Source: an uncultured Gammaproteobacteria bacterium (lineage in GTDB: Bacteria > Patescibacteriota > Patescibacteriia > Magasanikbacterales > UBA922). From it: a DNA stretch of 64,000 bases. The notes below the pieces were generated by a model. It was not told the origin of the DNA. It ran no database searches and saw only the letters and a program-made list of their open reading frames with translations. Made by a program: the position numbers and the translations under genes. Positions 63,545 to 64,000 of the stretch are shown here, piece by piece. The stretch lies in assembly GCA_965231005.1 (NCBI GenBank), contig OZ246405.1, forward strand, positions 1,095,829 to 1,159,828, in the 5' to 3' direction. The number at the start of each line of letters is the position of its first letter. The first letter of the stretch is position 1.

Positions 63545-64000
63545 ATGAATCCAAAGCAATTTCTTGAAAATTTTTCAACCCATTTAAAAAATGTTATTGC
63601 AAAAAGCATTTCAGTTGCTGCAAATTTTCAACATGGCGCGGTTACACCTCTCCATCTTCTTTTAGCTATTTCACAAGAACATGGCTCTGTTGGTTCAGAA
63701 ATATTAAAAAAAATAAACCTTACATCAACACCAATACTCGATGAGCTTTCAACAATTCCAAAACAACCACACCAACTTCAGCAAAGTACAAAGGCAGCAG
63801 TTGCAACACTTCCAGAACTTAGTAAAGAAGCAAAACGTGCTCTTGAAAAAGCTATGCTTTTGGCATACGAGTATGAACATATTCATGTTGGAACAGAACA
63901 TTTACTCGCAGGACTTATCAATGGAAAAAATAAAAAAATTACAAATATATTGGAATCTGAAAAAATAAACCCACAAGAAATACAACAGCAACTAGAAATA
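63545..64000 (+). CDS. Clp ATPase N-terminal domain protein (partial, runs off window end)
   Basis: MNPKQFLENFSTHLKNVIAKSISVAANFQHGAVTPLHLLLAI… and second repeat …AMLLAYEYEHIHVGTEHLLAGLI… = double Clp_N repeat. Confidence 0.5.
   Translation, partial: MNPKQFLENFSTHLKNVIAKSISVAANFQHGAVTPLHLLLAISQEHGSVGSEILKKINLTSTPILDELSTIPKQPHQLQQSTKAAVATLPELSKEAKRALEKAMLLAYEYEHIHVGTEHLLAGLINGKNKKITNILESEKINPQEIQQQLEI

Overview
This 64-kb window comes from a low-GC bacterial chromosome (about 35-40% GC by eye) with compact, mostly minus-strand housekeeping genes. The gene content (DUF4012-like protein, short TsaB, tiny intergenic spacers) looks like a small-genome, possibly Patescibacteria/CPR-like organism, but that assignment is tentative. 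Housekeeping genes include glyQS, frr, holB, ribD, ribBA, mreB, rplJL, tsaB, tsaD, prs, dnaE, pheST, rseP and a phosphoglucomutase. A polysaccharide locus carries a processive GT2 enzyme, a DUF4012-like protein, a GT4 enzyme, four tandem methyltransferase-like paralogs and an alpha/beta hydrolase. tRNA-Glu(TTC) sits at 26091-26165. Directly after it comes about 18 kb of mosaic, visibly GC-richer accessory DNA (26.2-44.5 kb). The first part (26166-32039) looks like an integrative island bounded by a 16-bp direct repeat of the tRNA 3' end. It carries its own sigma70-like promoter, an HTH-fused SF2 helicase, a small Cys ORF, a large protein with a C-terminal PD-(D/E)xK-like motif, and a large serine recombinase. 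I consider this a candidate uncharacterised helicase-nuclease defence-like module. A second att-like copy, a promoter, iteron-like repeats and two orphan ORFs follow (32.1-34.6 kb). Next come four large secreted proteins (34.7-44.5 kb). Three carry Myxococcus-type cysteine-rich repeats, and one of these also has a CxxCH motif and seven RCC1 repeats. All four, plus a GC-rich prs xenolog further on, share an unusual AAGGGGGA Shine-Dalgarno context. Other items are a candidate SRP RNA in a GC-rich intergenic block, a CuA-like cupredoxin lipoprotein, a RelE/ParE toxin-antitoxin pair, a 450-bp GC-rich islet encoding a small membrane protein, and a dispersed AT-rich inverted-repeat family. The mosaic GC pattern could also reflect a chimeric metagenomic assembly and should be checked.
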